NCBI GenBank assembly: GCA_048938105.1
Contig: JBHLMN010000006.1
Span: forward strand, 1-64,000
Direction: 5' to 3'
Origin: Promethearchaeota archaeon
GTDB taxonomy: Archaea > Asgardarchaeota > Heimdallarchaeia > Hodarchaeales > Hodarchaeaceae
DNA length: 64,000 nt
Shown here: piece after piece, positions 40,041 to 50,549 of the stretch
Position numbering within the stretch: the stretch's first letter is position 1
Layout: the number at the start of each line of letters is the position of its first letter
Program-made: the position numbers and the translations under genes
Notes under the pieces: model-generated
What the model was told of the DNA's origin: nothing
The model's input: only the letters and a program-made list of their open reading frames with translations
Database searches by the model: none

Positions 40041-43000
40041 TTAAGAGGCTTCAAAATAGATATCAATTGTTTTAATGTTTCCTGATCTTACCATAGAGGC
40101 ATATGGAAAACTAATATCGCTCCCAATAATGGAAATATCTTTGTCTTCTGCATCAGTCAATTTAATTTTCTTGATCCTTATTTCACCAGTAAAGGTATCT
40201 TTTCTTTCAGGATTATGGTAGCAAACCATGGTTCTTCCCAAAAATTTGAAATTTATTTCACCTTTTCTATCAAATAACCAATCTGGTAGGATTGGTTTAA
40301 ATTCCAAATGTAGCTCATCATCTTTCATAAAGAAAGGTTGCTTTCCTACCATCATGATAAACCAGATGTTTAAGAATTCAGCTGTTGAACCGCTTAACCG
40401 GGCATAGAAACCTGTTCCATGTAAGGTCTCATCTGGAAAAACGCTACTCACAATAAAAGAGGAATTCTCTGCTGGACTCCGCCCATAGACCTGAGGGTCT
40501 TGGAAAGGTATCAAAACATTTCGAAAATCCTCAAAAAACTCATCATAAAGCCCTGTTTTGAGAACTTCAAGTAGGAACTTATATTCCATATGTGTCCAAA
40601 TTGATTCGTTCTCTAACCAGCCTGGAGTGAATGCTTTTGCTCTTCCAATATCATTTGGTTCGTTTTCAAGGGAAGAATTTAATTTATACATTTTAAGCTT
40701 CCTATCAAAGAGACTACTTTCTCTTACTTGATTCCATATCTTTTTTGCCTCTTCTTCATGTGATTGAACCTTAATGGCCCTCACAAATCCTTCTAGAAAC
40801 AATGAGAGTAGCATTGGCTTAAATTGGAGTATTTTCACGCATGGAAATCCATCTACATTAATTATTTTGTTCCCTTGTTCGTCATGGAGAAATTTAAATC
40901 TTTCTACATCATAATAGAAATAAGTAGGGTATCTATCATTGGTTAATTCAAGAGCAGACGTAATTGCTTGCTCAATTTTTTGTAAAAAATCCCCCAGAAC
41001 ATATTTTACTTCAAATAAATTTATTTGTTTTTCATGACCATCAAAACCAAATTTTGTAATTTTTCGATACACTTCTCTTTTACTTGTTACACAATCCCAG
41101 TAAGTAAATTGTTTATCCTCAGTTTGAGAACTGAAATAATTGTCAAGAAATTCTTTTACAGTATTTAACAGATCATAAACTTCAATAGGAATCCTAAGCA
41201 TAAAGTCCTTGCTTTCATCAATGGAATCTATCATAAATTGAATTAATCTCTTCAGTTCATAAGTTTCGGGCATCGATGATCCAAATATCCCAGGTAATCC
41301 ATTTAAAGCGTCGTACCAACCTGGTTTATTAGCTTCCATTTCTACTCCCATTCCATAAGGATCCAATGTAGTAAATTTGATTAAAACGAGATTTAAGAGT
41401 TTGGAAAACAATGTGGTTTTATAAATCGTACCATTTTTTGTACGAACTAGGTTTCTTTTAAAATCCCTTGAATTAATCATTTTTTCTTTTTGCTTGTCAA
41501 ATAAAATAGAGCCTAATTGTCTTACTTTTCCTTCGTTGTTAATTGATACATATTTTTTTTCTCTGGGCTGCACTATCACTGGATTGTCATAATAGGAAAA
41601 ATCTGATAGTTCAAATAATAGTTCATGCTTTTTATCTGGATATATAACAAGATAATTTTCGATTAGATCTAAAATATAAGTCCAATGATCGATCCAATAT
41701 CCGTCTCCATGAATAACATTCAAATTTTGCTCTGAATGTAATAGAGTTGTTTGAAGGAACTCATCAAGAGAACTATTGAGTCTTATTTCATGAATTTTTA
41801 CAAATTTAATTAACGAACCAGGTGTAAATGGTTTTAGTAAAAATACTTTCAATACCTCTGCTTGTTTATCATCCTCAATGAAAGATAATATCTTAGAAAT
41901 ATCCTTTTCTAATACAGAAAAATTAGACCCACGGAGTTCCAATGGATTATATCCATCTGTTTGAATCAGATTCATGAAAGTAAGAATATTTGCATGTTGT
42001 ACTTGGGGATCAAGTAAGACTTCACATCTTCGATTTTGATTTACATCTCTATAATTTCCATTCCCTTGGGAATAATAAGTTGGTTCTAATGAAAAGAAGT
42101 TGTAGTCTCGTTCCATATCCCCATGCTTTCGTAAGTATGAATGAAATATAATTTTCCTTTCCTCATTCTCAAATATCATCGGATATCCTCCACGTAACAC
42201 ATTATCTAGATATGTTTGCTGACAGTAAAGATCAAATACATTAGATGCCGTTCGTGTATATACCCGATTAGCTATTGAGGAGATTAATTCAATATTTTCT
42301 CTTTTTTTCGTATTTATGTACTTCTTTGTTGCGATTCGGTCTATATGACTGTTTAACCACTTAACACTATTCACCTGACCAATAATTGAAAAAATTTCAA
42401 TCTCTTGGTTTGTGTTTAACTTAAAATTAGCACCAAAAAACCCACACGGGGTTTTATTAGTGTGAATCTGTTTTTTATTATATAATTGCTTGATGGAGGT
42501 TTTTATAAAACTATCTGGTTTATGAAATGATCTATTATGACCAAAGATAATATGTGAATCTACAAGGGGTTCTAATAATATTGATTCATTATCTTTTTGG
42601 AGAAATGCTAAATAAAAGTTCCCAGAATCAATTTCTTCCACACTTGGTTTATCACCTGGAAGTTGAGCCATTTTATAGAAAGGAACTCTATTATCTAGGT
42701 TTTCTACTCTCATCCATGATTCTAGAGTATAATTCATCGATTTCAAACTGAATTCACTCGCCCCATAAGGAATAACAATCGGTAATCCATCAAGCAATTC
42801 AAAATCAATATCTGATGATGAAATATTCTTTATTCTTACGATACGTACTAATCCAGCAAAATCTTCATTAGCTAAAGTAAAATATTCTATATTAAATAGA
42901 AGTCCATGATTTTGAGATAATTCTTCAATCTCAAAATTATCACTTTTTATTTTCATACACTGGATCCTTTCTTTGTTTTCATCATTAAGAGCAAATGGTT

Positions 43001-43283
43001 CATAAAACGAATATATTGTTTCTTTCTTTATTTTAACAAAAGTACGAAACCCAGTATAAGGAACAAACATGTACGCTTTATTTGCAGGGAAGAATTCCAT
43101 GATTGGACTATTCTTATCTCGAACCCCAAAGCTACTAATACATTGTCCTCTATTAACATAAAAAACCCACATTGGAATCCCCATTTTCCCAGCAATCCCT
43201 GGTAAAAAGCTAGCAAAGGGTTTCGTATTATTATAATCCTCTATAATGAATCTATTTCTATCATCGTAATAATAATTGTTCAT
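40041..43283 (-). CDS. GH161-type beta-1,3-glucan phosphorylase
   Basis: 1080 aa. PFASFLPGIAG..GIPMWVFYVNRGQ, RKHGDMERDYN, GNGNYRDVNQNRR, KPGWYDALNGLPG, GWLENESIW, RLSGSTAEF. Confidence 0.82.
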   Translation of the reverse strand: MNNYYYDDRNRFIIEDYNNTKPFASFLPGIAGKMGIPMWVFYVNRGQCISSFGVRDKNSPIMEFFPANKAYMFVPYTGFRTFVKIKKETIYSFYEPFALNDENKERIQCMKIKSDNFEIEELSQNHGLLFNIEYFTLANEDFAGLVRIVRIKNISSSDIDFELLDGLPIVIPYGASEFSLKSMNYTLESWMRVENLDNRVPFYKMAQLPGDKPSVEEIDSGNFYLAFLQKDNESILLEPLVDSHIIFGHNRSFHKPDSFIKTSIKQLYNKKQIHTNKTPCGFFGANFKLNTNQEIEIFSIIGQVNSVKWLNSHIDRIATKKYINTKKRENIELISSIANRVYTRTASNVFDLYCQQTYLDNVLRGGYPMIFENEERKIIFHSYLRKHGDMERDYNFFSLEPTYYSQGNGNYRDVNQNRRCEVLLDPQVQHANILTFMNLIQTDGYNPLELRGSNFSVLEKDISKILSFIEDDKQAEVLKVFLLKPFTPGSLIKFVKIHEIRLNSSLDEFLQTTLLHSEQNLNVIHGDGYWIDHWTYILDLIENYLVIYPDKKHELLFELSDFSYYDNPVIVQPREKKYVSINNEGKVRQLGSILFDKQKEKMINSRDFKRNLVRTKNGTIYKTTLFSKLLNLVLIKFTTLDPYGMGVEMEANKPGWYDALNGLPGIFGSSMPETYELKRLIQFMIDSIDESKDFMLRIPIEVYDLLNTVKEFLDNYFSSQTEDKQFTYWDCVTSKREVYRKITKFGFDGHEKQINLFEVKYVLGDFLQKIEQAITSALELTNDRYPTYFYYDVERFKFLHDEQGNKIINVDGFPCVKILQFKPMLLSLFLEGFVRAIKVQSHEEEAKKIWNQVRESSLFDRKLKMYKLNSSLENEPNDIGRAKAFTPGWLENESIWTHMEYKFLLEVLKTGLYDEFFEDFRNVLIPFQDPQVYGRSPAENSSFIVSSVFPDETLHGTGFYARLSGSTAEFLNIWFIMMVGKQPFFMKDDELHLEFKPILPDWLFDRKGEINFKFLGRTMVCYHNPERKDTFTGEIRIKKIKLTDAEDKDISIIGSDISFPYASMVRSGNIKTIDIYFEAS

Positions 43284-43383
43284 AATTCTACATTCCTAAT
43301 TTTAGGAGAAGATATCAACTTAGAGATTGTACAATTTTCATGATATATGTTTAATTCTTCTTTGAGGATTTGGAAGTATAATT

Positions 43384-43908
43384 ATGTCGACCCTATTTAC
43401 AGTCACAATCATTCTTATTTTATTAACTATACTAACAGAGACTATTTTTCTTATTCTACAGCTAAAAGGAAAAAGAATGACTAAATGGTTTGGTGTACAC
43501 GCGTTCATGATCCATGCAACCATTACTATATTTTTTTGGGGATTCAGTTTCTTCCTGATTTTTCTATTACAATTCGAAATGCATGAATACTTCCATAATA
43601 ATATCTTAATTAAATTAATAGGATTAATTTCGATTTTTACCGGATTTATTATAGCTGTATGGGGTTTCAAGAAGTTAGGCTTGAAGAGGTCGTTGTGCAT
43701 TAATTTTTATAATCCACAAATTCCCGTTGTGAAATCCTCATTATACAAGTATATCAAGAATCCTGAAGACTATGGTTTATGGATAATGCTTCTTGGTTTT
43801 GCTTTATTCACTGCTTCAGTATATAACTTGGTCATTGCATTTGAATTCATTATACTTATGATTCCACATCAAAGAATTGAAAACATTCCTCTAAAGGAAA
43901 ATGAATAA
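43384..43908 (+). CDS. PEMT/ICMT-family membrane methyltransferase
   Basis: Multi-TM protein with the LYKYIKNPEDYG motif. Confidence 0.75.
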   Translation: MSTLFTVTIILILLTILTETIFLILQLKGKRMTKWFGVHAFMIHATITIFFWGFSFFLIFLLQFEMHEYFHNNILIKLIGLISIFTGFIIAVWGFKKLGLKRSLCINFYNPQIPVVKSSLYKYIKNPEDYGLWIMLLGFALFTASVYNLVIAFEFIILMIPHQRIENIPLKENE

Positions 43909-43915
43909 AGATTCC

Positions 43916-44725
43916 TTAGTCTAAGGATACATCAGGAAACGCAACAATCCGACACATTGAAGACTCGAGTTCTATTCCTCGAAGAGGAAAACAACCAATC
44001 CAAATCCGTCTATTTTTCAATAGAGGATCATCAGGAATCCAAAGATTCTCTGCATGAATTATTCCTTTAGGGAATAAATCTAAATGCATTATCTGGTAAA
44101 ATTTATCCAGAGGAAACATTTCATCCCAAGAACTCACGTTATACTTTTCTACAAGCTTTTTTTCTGCTTCAATAAACAGTTTCGGATGCCAATCACGTAT
44201 TATCGTGTTCATTGGATGATCAGCACTTCCACAGTCAACACCAATCCATTTAAACTCCATATCTATAGCCCATTGGGGAAAATCTTTATCTGGTCCTGGA
44301 TGTTTGACGAAATATCTCAATTCATCACTCTCAGGTTGATCCCAAGCATACCTTTGATAACCAGTCTTAATAAGAAGAATATCCCCTTTTCTTATATCTG
44401 CCCGTTGCTTCAACATCTCAGGTGAATAGAGATCATAATCAGTTAATATATCAGAGAGGTCTACAACAACTCCTTGTCCACAGAATTCTTCTAACTCCAT
44501 TTGTCCAATACTTCTTCCAGCGGCAAAGAAATGGATTTCTCCATCGATATGCGTGCCTACGTGATTACTGGTAGTCAAAATCTGCCCATTGGCGCCTTGC
44601 CCCATATGTGCTCCAGCAATTCGTTTGAAATATTGCAATTGTAGAGGAACATAAGATGGCCATGGCGGGGTATGGATACTTAATCTTTGAGTCAAATCTA
44701 TTATTCGAAAAGTCATTTTTACCAC
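43916..44725 (-). CDS. Cyclase-family metal amidohydrolase (kynurenine formamidase-like)
   Basis: IIDLTQ, HVGTHIDG, GVDCGSAD, HAENL. Confidence 0.9.
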   Translation of the reverse strand: MVKMTFRIIDLTQRLSIHTPPWPSYVPLQLQYFKRIAGAHMGQGANGQILTTSNHVGTHIDGEIHFFAAGRSIGQMELEEFCGQGVVVDLSDILTDYDLYSPEMLKQRADIRKGDILLIKTGYQRYAWDQPESDELRYFVKHPGPDKDFPQWAIDMEFKWIGVDCGSADHPMNTIIRDWHPKLFIEAEKKLVEKYNVSSWDEMFPLDKFYQIMHLDLFPKGIIHAENLWIPDDPLLKNRRIWIGCFPLRGIELESSMCRIVAFPDVSLD

Positions 44726-44892
44726 ATCATTTAATTAATTCGTTCAATTGTGCCTATAACGTCTATTCGTACAAATTATTTTCGGATATTTCCCGGTTTC
44801 TCATACAAAACCTTTGGATATGTTTTGTTTCGTTGTTTCGACATAATTAGAAAGAATCCTTTGAAAACAGATGAAAGGAAGCAGATTAGATA

Positions 44893-46341
44893 ATGAAACC
44901 AGTAGAAGAAGTTAAACGCATTTCTAGTGTCGGTATTGATATAGGAACTAGTACTTCCCATTTAATTTTCTCTGAATTATTATTAAAAAAAGATCCAAGC
45001 TCAAGAACAGAGAAATATCATGTTGCTGAACGAAACATAAAATACAGAGGCAATATATTCTTCACCCCACTTACAGACAAGAATGAAATTGATTTAGATA
45101 AATTAACGCAAATTTTATTGAAAGAATATGAAAAAGCGGGCAGAAAAACCACTGAAATTGATACAGGTGCAGTTATAATCACTGGAGAGTCAGCTAAGAA
45201 AGAGAATGCAGAAAGAATTATAGAGGTGCTAGCTCAAGAAACGGGGAAATTTGTAGCTGCTAGTGCAGGGCCAAATTTCGAGTCAATTATTTCAGCTTAT
45301 GGATCTGGAGCTGTAGATTATTCTAAGAAGAATTCCTGTAAAATAATTCATTCTGATGTTGGAGGTGGAACATCAAACGTAGCTATCATTAATAACGGAG
45401 AGATAACAGCAACAGCTTGCGCTAATATTGGAGGACGCTTGTTAATATTTAATAGAAAAGATGAAATAGCTCGAATAGAACCAGCTGGAAAACTTACATT
45501 AGAATATTGTCAATTAGATTTAAAAAAAGGAGAAAAAATCACTACAAAACAAAAAGATCAAATTTCTCAAGCTTTAGCTTCTACTTTAATGAATATAATA
45601 ACAACACATGAATTGACACCATTTGCTGAAAAACTTATGATGACAGCTCCTTTGCCTCTAGAAAGTTTTACTGGATCCCCTATATGGAGTTTTTCTGGAG
45701 GAGTAGCAGAATTTATATACAAACGGAATAATTATAACTATAATGACCTAGGACAACAATTAGGCAATAATATTCGATCACTAATCCAAAAATCACAACA
45801 CAATTGGATAGAAGTACCCGAAAAAATCCGCGCAACCGTTATCGGTGCGAGTGAGTATACTCTGGAGGTAAGTGGATCCACAACTTATATGTCAACTGAA
45901 ACCAGTGAGCAATTTTTCCCAATCAGAAATTTACCTATTGTTACACCAATAATTCAACGAGATTTATTATCAGAAGATTATGTTATGACCCAAATTACTT
46001 CTGCTCTTAAAAGACTTGACATTGTAGAGGGGGACACACCTATCGTATTAGCGTTCCATGATCCCGTGAGAACAGTATATGAAAAACTTAAAATGTTCTC
46101 ACAGGGAGTTGTTAAAGCTCTCCCCAAGACTGTTGAAAAGAATAAACCTATCATTATGGTATTCGACACGGATATTGGGAATTCAGTCGGCAATGTTCTT
46201 TCTCGAGAAACTGGGGTAGAAAACAATATTTTGTCTATTGATGAGATTTCTTTATGTGAAGGAGATTTCATTGATATTGGGCAGCCCATAATTGATAATA
46301 GGGTCTTTCCAGTTGTTATAAAATCACTAATATTTGGATGA
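44893..46341 (+). CDS. eutA: EutA-family reactivating ATPase (ASKHA fold)
   Basis: SVGIDIGTSTSHLIFS, GAVIITGESAKKENA, FVAASAGPNFES, DVGGGTSN, FSGGVAE, IRATVIGA, PVVIKSLIF. Confidence 0.9.
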   Translation: MKPVEEVKRISSVGIDIGTSTSHLIFSELLLKKDPSSRTEKYHVAERNIKYRGNIFFTPLTDKNEIDLDKLTQILLKEYEKAGRKTTEIDTGAVIITGESAKKENAERIIEVLAQETGKFVAASAGPNFESIISAYGSGAVDYSKKNSCKIIHSDVGGGTSNVAIINNGEITATACANIGGRLLIFNRKDEIARIEPAGKLTLEYCQLDLKKGEKITTKQKDQISQALASTLMNIITTHELTPFAEKLMMTAPLPLESFTGSPIWSFSGGVAEFIYKRNNYNYNDLGQQLGNNIRSLIQKSQHNWIEVPEKIRATVIGASEYTLEVSGSTTYMSTETSEQFFPIRNLPIVTPIIQRDLLSEDYVMTQITSALKRLDIVEGDTPIVLAFHDPVRTVYEKLKMFSQGVVKALPKTVEKNKPIIMVFDTDIGNSVGNVLSRETGVENNILSIDEISLCEGDFIDIGQPIIDNRVFPVVIKSLIFG

Positions 46342-46347
46342 ATCAAA

Positions 46348-46851
46348 ATGAAAGTACTAGGATTGATTTCTGATACTCATATCCCCTCTCGAGGAAAAAT
46401 GCTCCCTAATTCTGTTATAAAAGCATTTAAAGAGAAAAATGTTGAATTGATCATTCATGCAGGAGATTTTGAAGACTTATCAGTAGCCACAACCCTTGAG
46501 GAAATTGCCCCTCTTAAAGCAGTCCAAGGGAATATGTGTCACAGCTCCGTGAAGAAAAATTATCCAAAGAAAATATTTGTTTCAGTAGAGAATTTAGTCA
46601 TTGGTGTAACCCATGGTAGTGGAAGTCCTACTGGGTATCATAAACGTGTTATAAGTGAGTTCAAAAATGACCCACAACCTAATATTATTATAAGTGGACA
46701 CACCCATCAACCTTATGCCAAAATTAAAGATAATATTCTATTAATTAATCCAGGCACACCCACAGACAGATATTTTGCTTCCCGTAACACAATAGCAATC
46801 CTAGAAATCGATGGAAAAAGCTATGAATACTATTTCATTAATATAAAATGA
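46348..46851 (+). CDS. YfcE/MJ0936/Vps29-family metallophosphoesterase
   Basis: SDTH, HAGD, GNM, THG, GHTH, NPG. Confidence 0.9.
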   Translation: MKVLGLISDTHIPSRGKMLPNSVIKAFKEKNVELIIHAGDFEDLSVATTLEEIAPLKAVQGNMCHSSVKKNYPKKIFVSVENLVIGVTHGSGSPTGYHKRVISEFKNDPQPNIIISGHTHQPYAKIKDNILLINPGTPTDRYFASRNTIAILEIDGKSYEYYFINIK

Positions 46852-46860
46852 TCTTGAAGA

Positions 46861-47343
46861 TTATGGTTTTCTTGATTTTATCAATCTTTGAGCAAGTAAT
46901 GCAGCATCTAAAATCGGTTTGTACCCTGTACATCGACATAAATGCCCTCCCAAAGCTGATTTGATTTCCTGTTCAGAAACGTTATGCTTTCTCTCATAAA
47001 GAGCATAAAGCTCCATAATGTAACCTGGAGTACAAAAACCACATTGCACTGCAGTGGATTCAATGAAGGCTTCTTGAATTGGATGTAACTTGTTATCAGG
47101 AGATTGGGGAGAAATTCCTTCAATTGTTATTACATTTGCTCCATCAAGCTTCTTGGGCCTAATAAGACAAGATTTAACAGCCTTGCCATTCAAGACAACT
47201 GTACAGGCCCCACAATGACCCTGATTACACCCATTCTTTGTTCCAGTTAAATTAAGCTTTTCACGTAAAATTGTTAGTAATGAATCTTTAGGATCAACTG
47301 TTAATATGTATTTTTTTCCATTGACAACAATTGTTATCTCCAT
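46861..47343 (-). CDS. Xdh/CoxS-type 2x[2Fe-2S] subunit
   Basis: GCNQGHCGAC...SC and QCGFC...CRCTGY. ATG 47343 after GAGGAG. Confidence 0.93.
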   Translation of the reverse strand: MEITIVVNGKKYILTVDPKDSLLTILREKLNLTGTKNGCNQGHCGACTVVLNGKAVKSCLIRPKKLDGANVITIEGISPQSPDNKLHPIQEAFIESTAVQCGFCTPGYIMELYALYERKHNVSEQEIKSALGGHLCRCTGYKPILDAALLAQRLIKSRKP

Positions 47344-47344
47344 A

Positions 47345-49669
47345 TCATCTACTCCTCTCATTAAAACATTCTAATACCCTTTTGGGGGTCACTGGTAATT
47401 TTGTTAATGATATTCCAGTAGCCTGTTGAAAAGCATTAAGAATAGCAGGAGGTACACCAATAATGGGGTGTTCGGCCATTGGTCTCGCTCCATATGGTCC
47501 ATTTGGCTGGGGATTCTCAATTAAAATACATGTGAATTTATCGGGCATATCGGTTAATGTGGGTATTTGATATCGTTTCAAATTTGTTGTTTTCATGATT
47601 CCAGAATTATGAAAAAGGATTTGTTCCTTCAATGTTGCTCCAATCCCCATTACGACTCCTCCTGTTATTTGCCCTTGAGCTGTTTTAGGATTAATCACTT
47701 TTCCAATGTCAAGGGCTGTAACAAAGTGTTGGACTTTTATTCTTCCTGTAGCTTTTTCAATATTAATATCACAACCTTGGGCACCAAAAGTCCACTCATA
47801 AGGTTGGTATTGACCTGTTTCAAGATCTGGAAATGTGACATTTTTTACAACAGAGGAGCCAGTGGACAAAATAGGATCACCGACGGTATGACCATCTTCG
47901 TATTGGTATCCAAGAACAAGTTTTTCTAAAGGAATGCTTCCATCCCTATAGAAAACAGCTTTACCATCATAGGCTAGATCTTCCGAATCACGATTAAAAA
48001 CTAGAGAGGCATTTTGTTTGAACTGATCAATTGCCTCCTCACAAGCAGCTATTATTGCATTTCCGACCCTCATTGTTGTCATACTTGCAACAGACTGCCA
48101 TTCGTAAGGAGTCAATTGCGTATTGATCTCATAATTAACCCGAATATTTTCTACAGGGATTTTTAAAGTTTCTGCAGCTATCTGTGCCAATACTGTTAAA
48201 CATCCCTGTCCCATTTCAACTCCCCCAATCGATATGTTAACGGATAAATCCTCATTGAATTTCAGAAAAACGTTTGATGACGCATTTGCAGCTTGTACAG
48301 GTGATTTAACTAAAGCAGCAATCCCTCTTCCATACAAATATTTCTCATCTTCTTCTGGTAATGGATCAGCTTCAAGAGCTTTAATCATTTTTTCAAAACA
48401 TTCTCTAATATCACCGTTATCACTGGTAATCTGTTGACCTAAAGAATTGGTATCACCAGGTTTAAGGAAATTCTTTATCCGGATTTCTCTTGAATTCATT
48501 CCAAGTTTAAGTGCAAGCTGTTCAATTAATCTTTCAATCATCAATTGCCCTTCAGGATGGCCATAACCTCTCATTGCTCCTACAGGTGGAGTGTTTGTAT
48601 AAACACCAAAAGATTGAAGACTACAATTCGGGAAATAATAAGGGCCGGCACAGTTATGACCTGCTGCTAAGACTACATTGCAGCTTGTATCTGCATATGC
48701 TCCATCAGAAAAATACAACTGAGCCTCGAGTCCCACAAAGGTTCCGTCTTGTTTTGCCCCGATTTTCATTCTTCCTTTTAGACCTCGACCTAGTACAGTA
48801 CCAATGAACACTTCCTTTCGTGTAAGACGGAATTTTACATAGTAACCTGGGACATATCGAGCACAGAGAGCTAAAAGAGGTTCAATTGTATAATCTGATT
48901 TACCCCCGAATCCGCCCCCAAGAAAAGGAACACTAACATGAATTTTATTCATTGGGAGTTTGAAAACATCTGCAAGGACTTCTCGAACAATAAAAGGTGC
49001 TTGTGAACTACTCCATAGATATAATTCCCCAGTACGATCCCAATGAGCCACCGCACCGTGAGGTTCAATTGCTGCATGATTAATTAACGGGTATTCAAAT
49101 TCATCTTCAACAGTCACAGCAGCTTTTTGAAATACCTCTTTATGATCCCCCTTCTTCAAATGATATTTATAAAACACATTAGATTTAGGTATAGGAATAA
49201 ATGTTGGAAGGTGTTTATACTCACCATTTCGCTCGTGAATAAGAGGTGCTTTTGAAGAAGTAGCTTCGATCGGATCCAAAACAAAGGGTAATTCTATAAA
49301 CTGTAGTTTTATTTTCTCTACTGCTTCTAAAGCTAATTTCTCACTCTCTGCTATAACAGCTGCTACAACCTCACCTGCATGTCTAATCTTGTTATATGCT
49401 AAGGGAGGTTGATCGAAAATACAAGTTCCATATCGTAAGGTTTTGTCAATCCCTTCTGTATCTCTAGTAATAACTTTATGTACTCCCTCCATTAATTCAG
49501 CTTCAGTTGTATCAATAGATTTAATCTGGGCATGGGGAACACCACCTCGTAAAACCTTCATATGCAGTGTTCGGGGAAATCGTAAATCATCAATATAAAG
49601 AGCAGTACCAGTAACTTTCTCTATGGCATCTGCTCGGGGAACTGTCTTTCCAATTACTTGATAAGTCAT
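47345..49669 (-). CDS. Xanthine dehydrogenase-family molybdopterin-binding subunit
   Basis: KVTG, GGGFGGK, AMRGYG, EMGQG, GQITGG, and the catalytic Glu in ARPMAE. Confidence 0.93.
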   Translation of the reverse strand: MTYQVIGKTVPRADAIEKVTGTALYIDDLRFPRTLHMKVLRGGVPHAQIKSIDTTEAELMEGVHKVITRDTEGIDKTLRYGTCIFDQPPLAYNKIRHAGEVVAAVIAESEKLALEAVEKIKLQFIELPFVLDPIEATSSKAPLIHERNGEYKHLPTFIPIPKSNVFYKYHLKKGDHKEVFQKAAVTVEDEFEYPLINHAAIEPHGAVAHWDRTGELYLWSSSQAPFIVREVLADVFKLPMNKIHVSVPFLGGGFGGKSDYTIEPLLALCARYVPGYYVKFRLTRKEVFIGTVLGRGLKGRMKIGAKQDGTFVGLEAQLYFSDGAYADTSCNVVLAAGHNCAGPYYFPNCSLQSFGVYTNTPPVGAMRGYGHPEGQLMIERLIEQLALKLGMNSREIRIKNFLKPGDTNSLGQQITSDNGDIRECFEKMIKALEADPLPEEDEKYLYGRGIAALVKSPVQAANASSNVFLKFNEDLSVNISIGGVEMGQGCLTVLAQIAAETLKIPVENIRVNYEINTQLTPYEWQSVASMTTMRVGNAIIAACEEAIDQFKQNASLVFNRDSEDLAYDGKAVFYRDGSIPLEKLVLGYQYEDGHTVGDPILSTGSSVVKNVTFPDLETGQYQPYEWTFGAQGCDINIEKATGRIKVQHFVTALDIGKVINPKTAQGQITGGVVMGIGATLKEQILFHNSGIMKTTNLKRYQIPTLTDMPDKFTCILIENPQPNGPYGARPMAEHPIIGVPPAILNAFQQATGISLTKLPVTPKRVLECFNERSR

Positions 49670-49850
49670 CAGATCATCCTCTTATAAAACAAGTCACTTG
49701 CATATTATTTTTTAAAAATTATGAATGTACTTTTGTAGGTTTCAAAAATTACCTCATTTTTATCTCAATTAGAGCGCTAAAGCACTATTCTTAAATCAGG
49801 TGAAAAAGGAGTTAAAACTAAGAAAGAAGAAGAGGGAGAATACTGTTTAT

Positions 49851-50402
49851 TTACTGTTTCTCTGGAAAAGAATAAGCAATAATCAACGCCACCCAACCTA
49901 GGAAAAAACATCCAACTAGAATGAAATTCAGATCTGGTTGGCCCATCTCGGATATACCCCAATCTTCTAATAACCATATAAGGAAAAACAAACCTAATTC
50001 TACTAGTGTTGCGATAAATCCAACAATTAGTCCAATCGGCCTCACTGGAGTGATAATTGGTTGTACATCCAACAACCTCATTAGTGGAGGTATAGTCACT
50101 AGAACAGCTCCAATAATACCAAGACCAAACCAAAGATATCCCCAAAGTGGAATTAAACCCCAAATAATCGCTATATCAGATGAGCCTGTTCCCATCTCAG
50201 CATAACTAATTGCGTCAGTGTAACCATTCATTGAAGTTATTATTACATTCCAATGATAATCCACCTTCATGGTCATTGTTCCTACAGAGACTGAATTTTG
50301 TAAAAATCCCCCAATGATTCTAAAAAATGGAATAAAGATTGTTAAGACTGCAAATAAAACAGCCCCTATTATTCCAATGAAATCGTTTGTATTATTTGCC
50401 AT
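49851..50402 (-). CDS. Four-TM membrane protein of unknown function
   Basis: TM1, a beta-rich loop, then three further TM helices. Confidence 0.7.
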   Translation of the reverse strand: MANNTNDFIGIIGAVLFAVLTIFIPFFRIIGGFLQNSVSVGTMTMKVDYHWNVIITSMNGYTDAISYAEMGTGSSDIAIIWGLIPLWGYLWFGLGIIGAVLVTIPPLMRLLDVQPIITPVRPIGLIVGFIATLVELGLFFLIWLLEDWGISEMGQPDLNFILVGCFFLGWVALIIAYSFPEKQ

Positions 50403-50549
50403 TATTGTTTCCCCTTACTCTCATTAAGAAGGTCTTTATACCTCCCTAAAAACTTATTATTTCAACTATTTATAATCTTACACTTGGGGCAAATATGAGG
50501 AACCTAATAATTAGCATAATATTGAAGGAATTACAACGGTTTGATCAAA

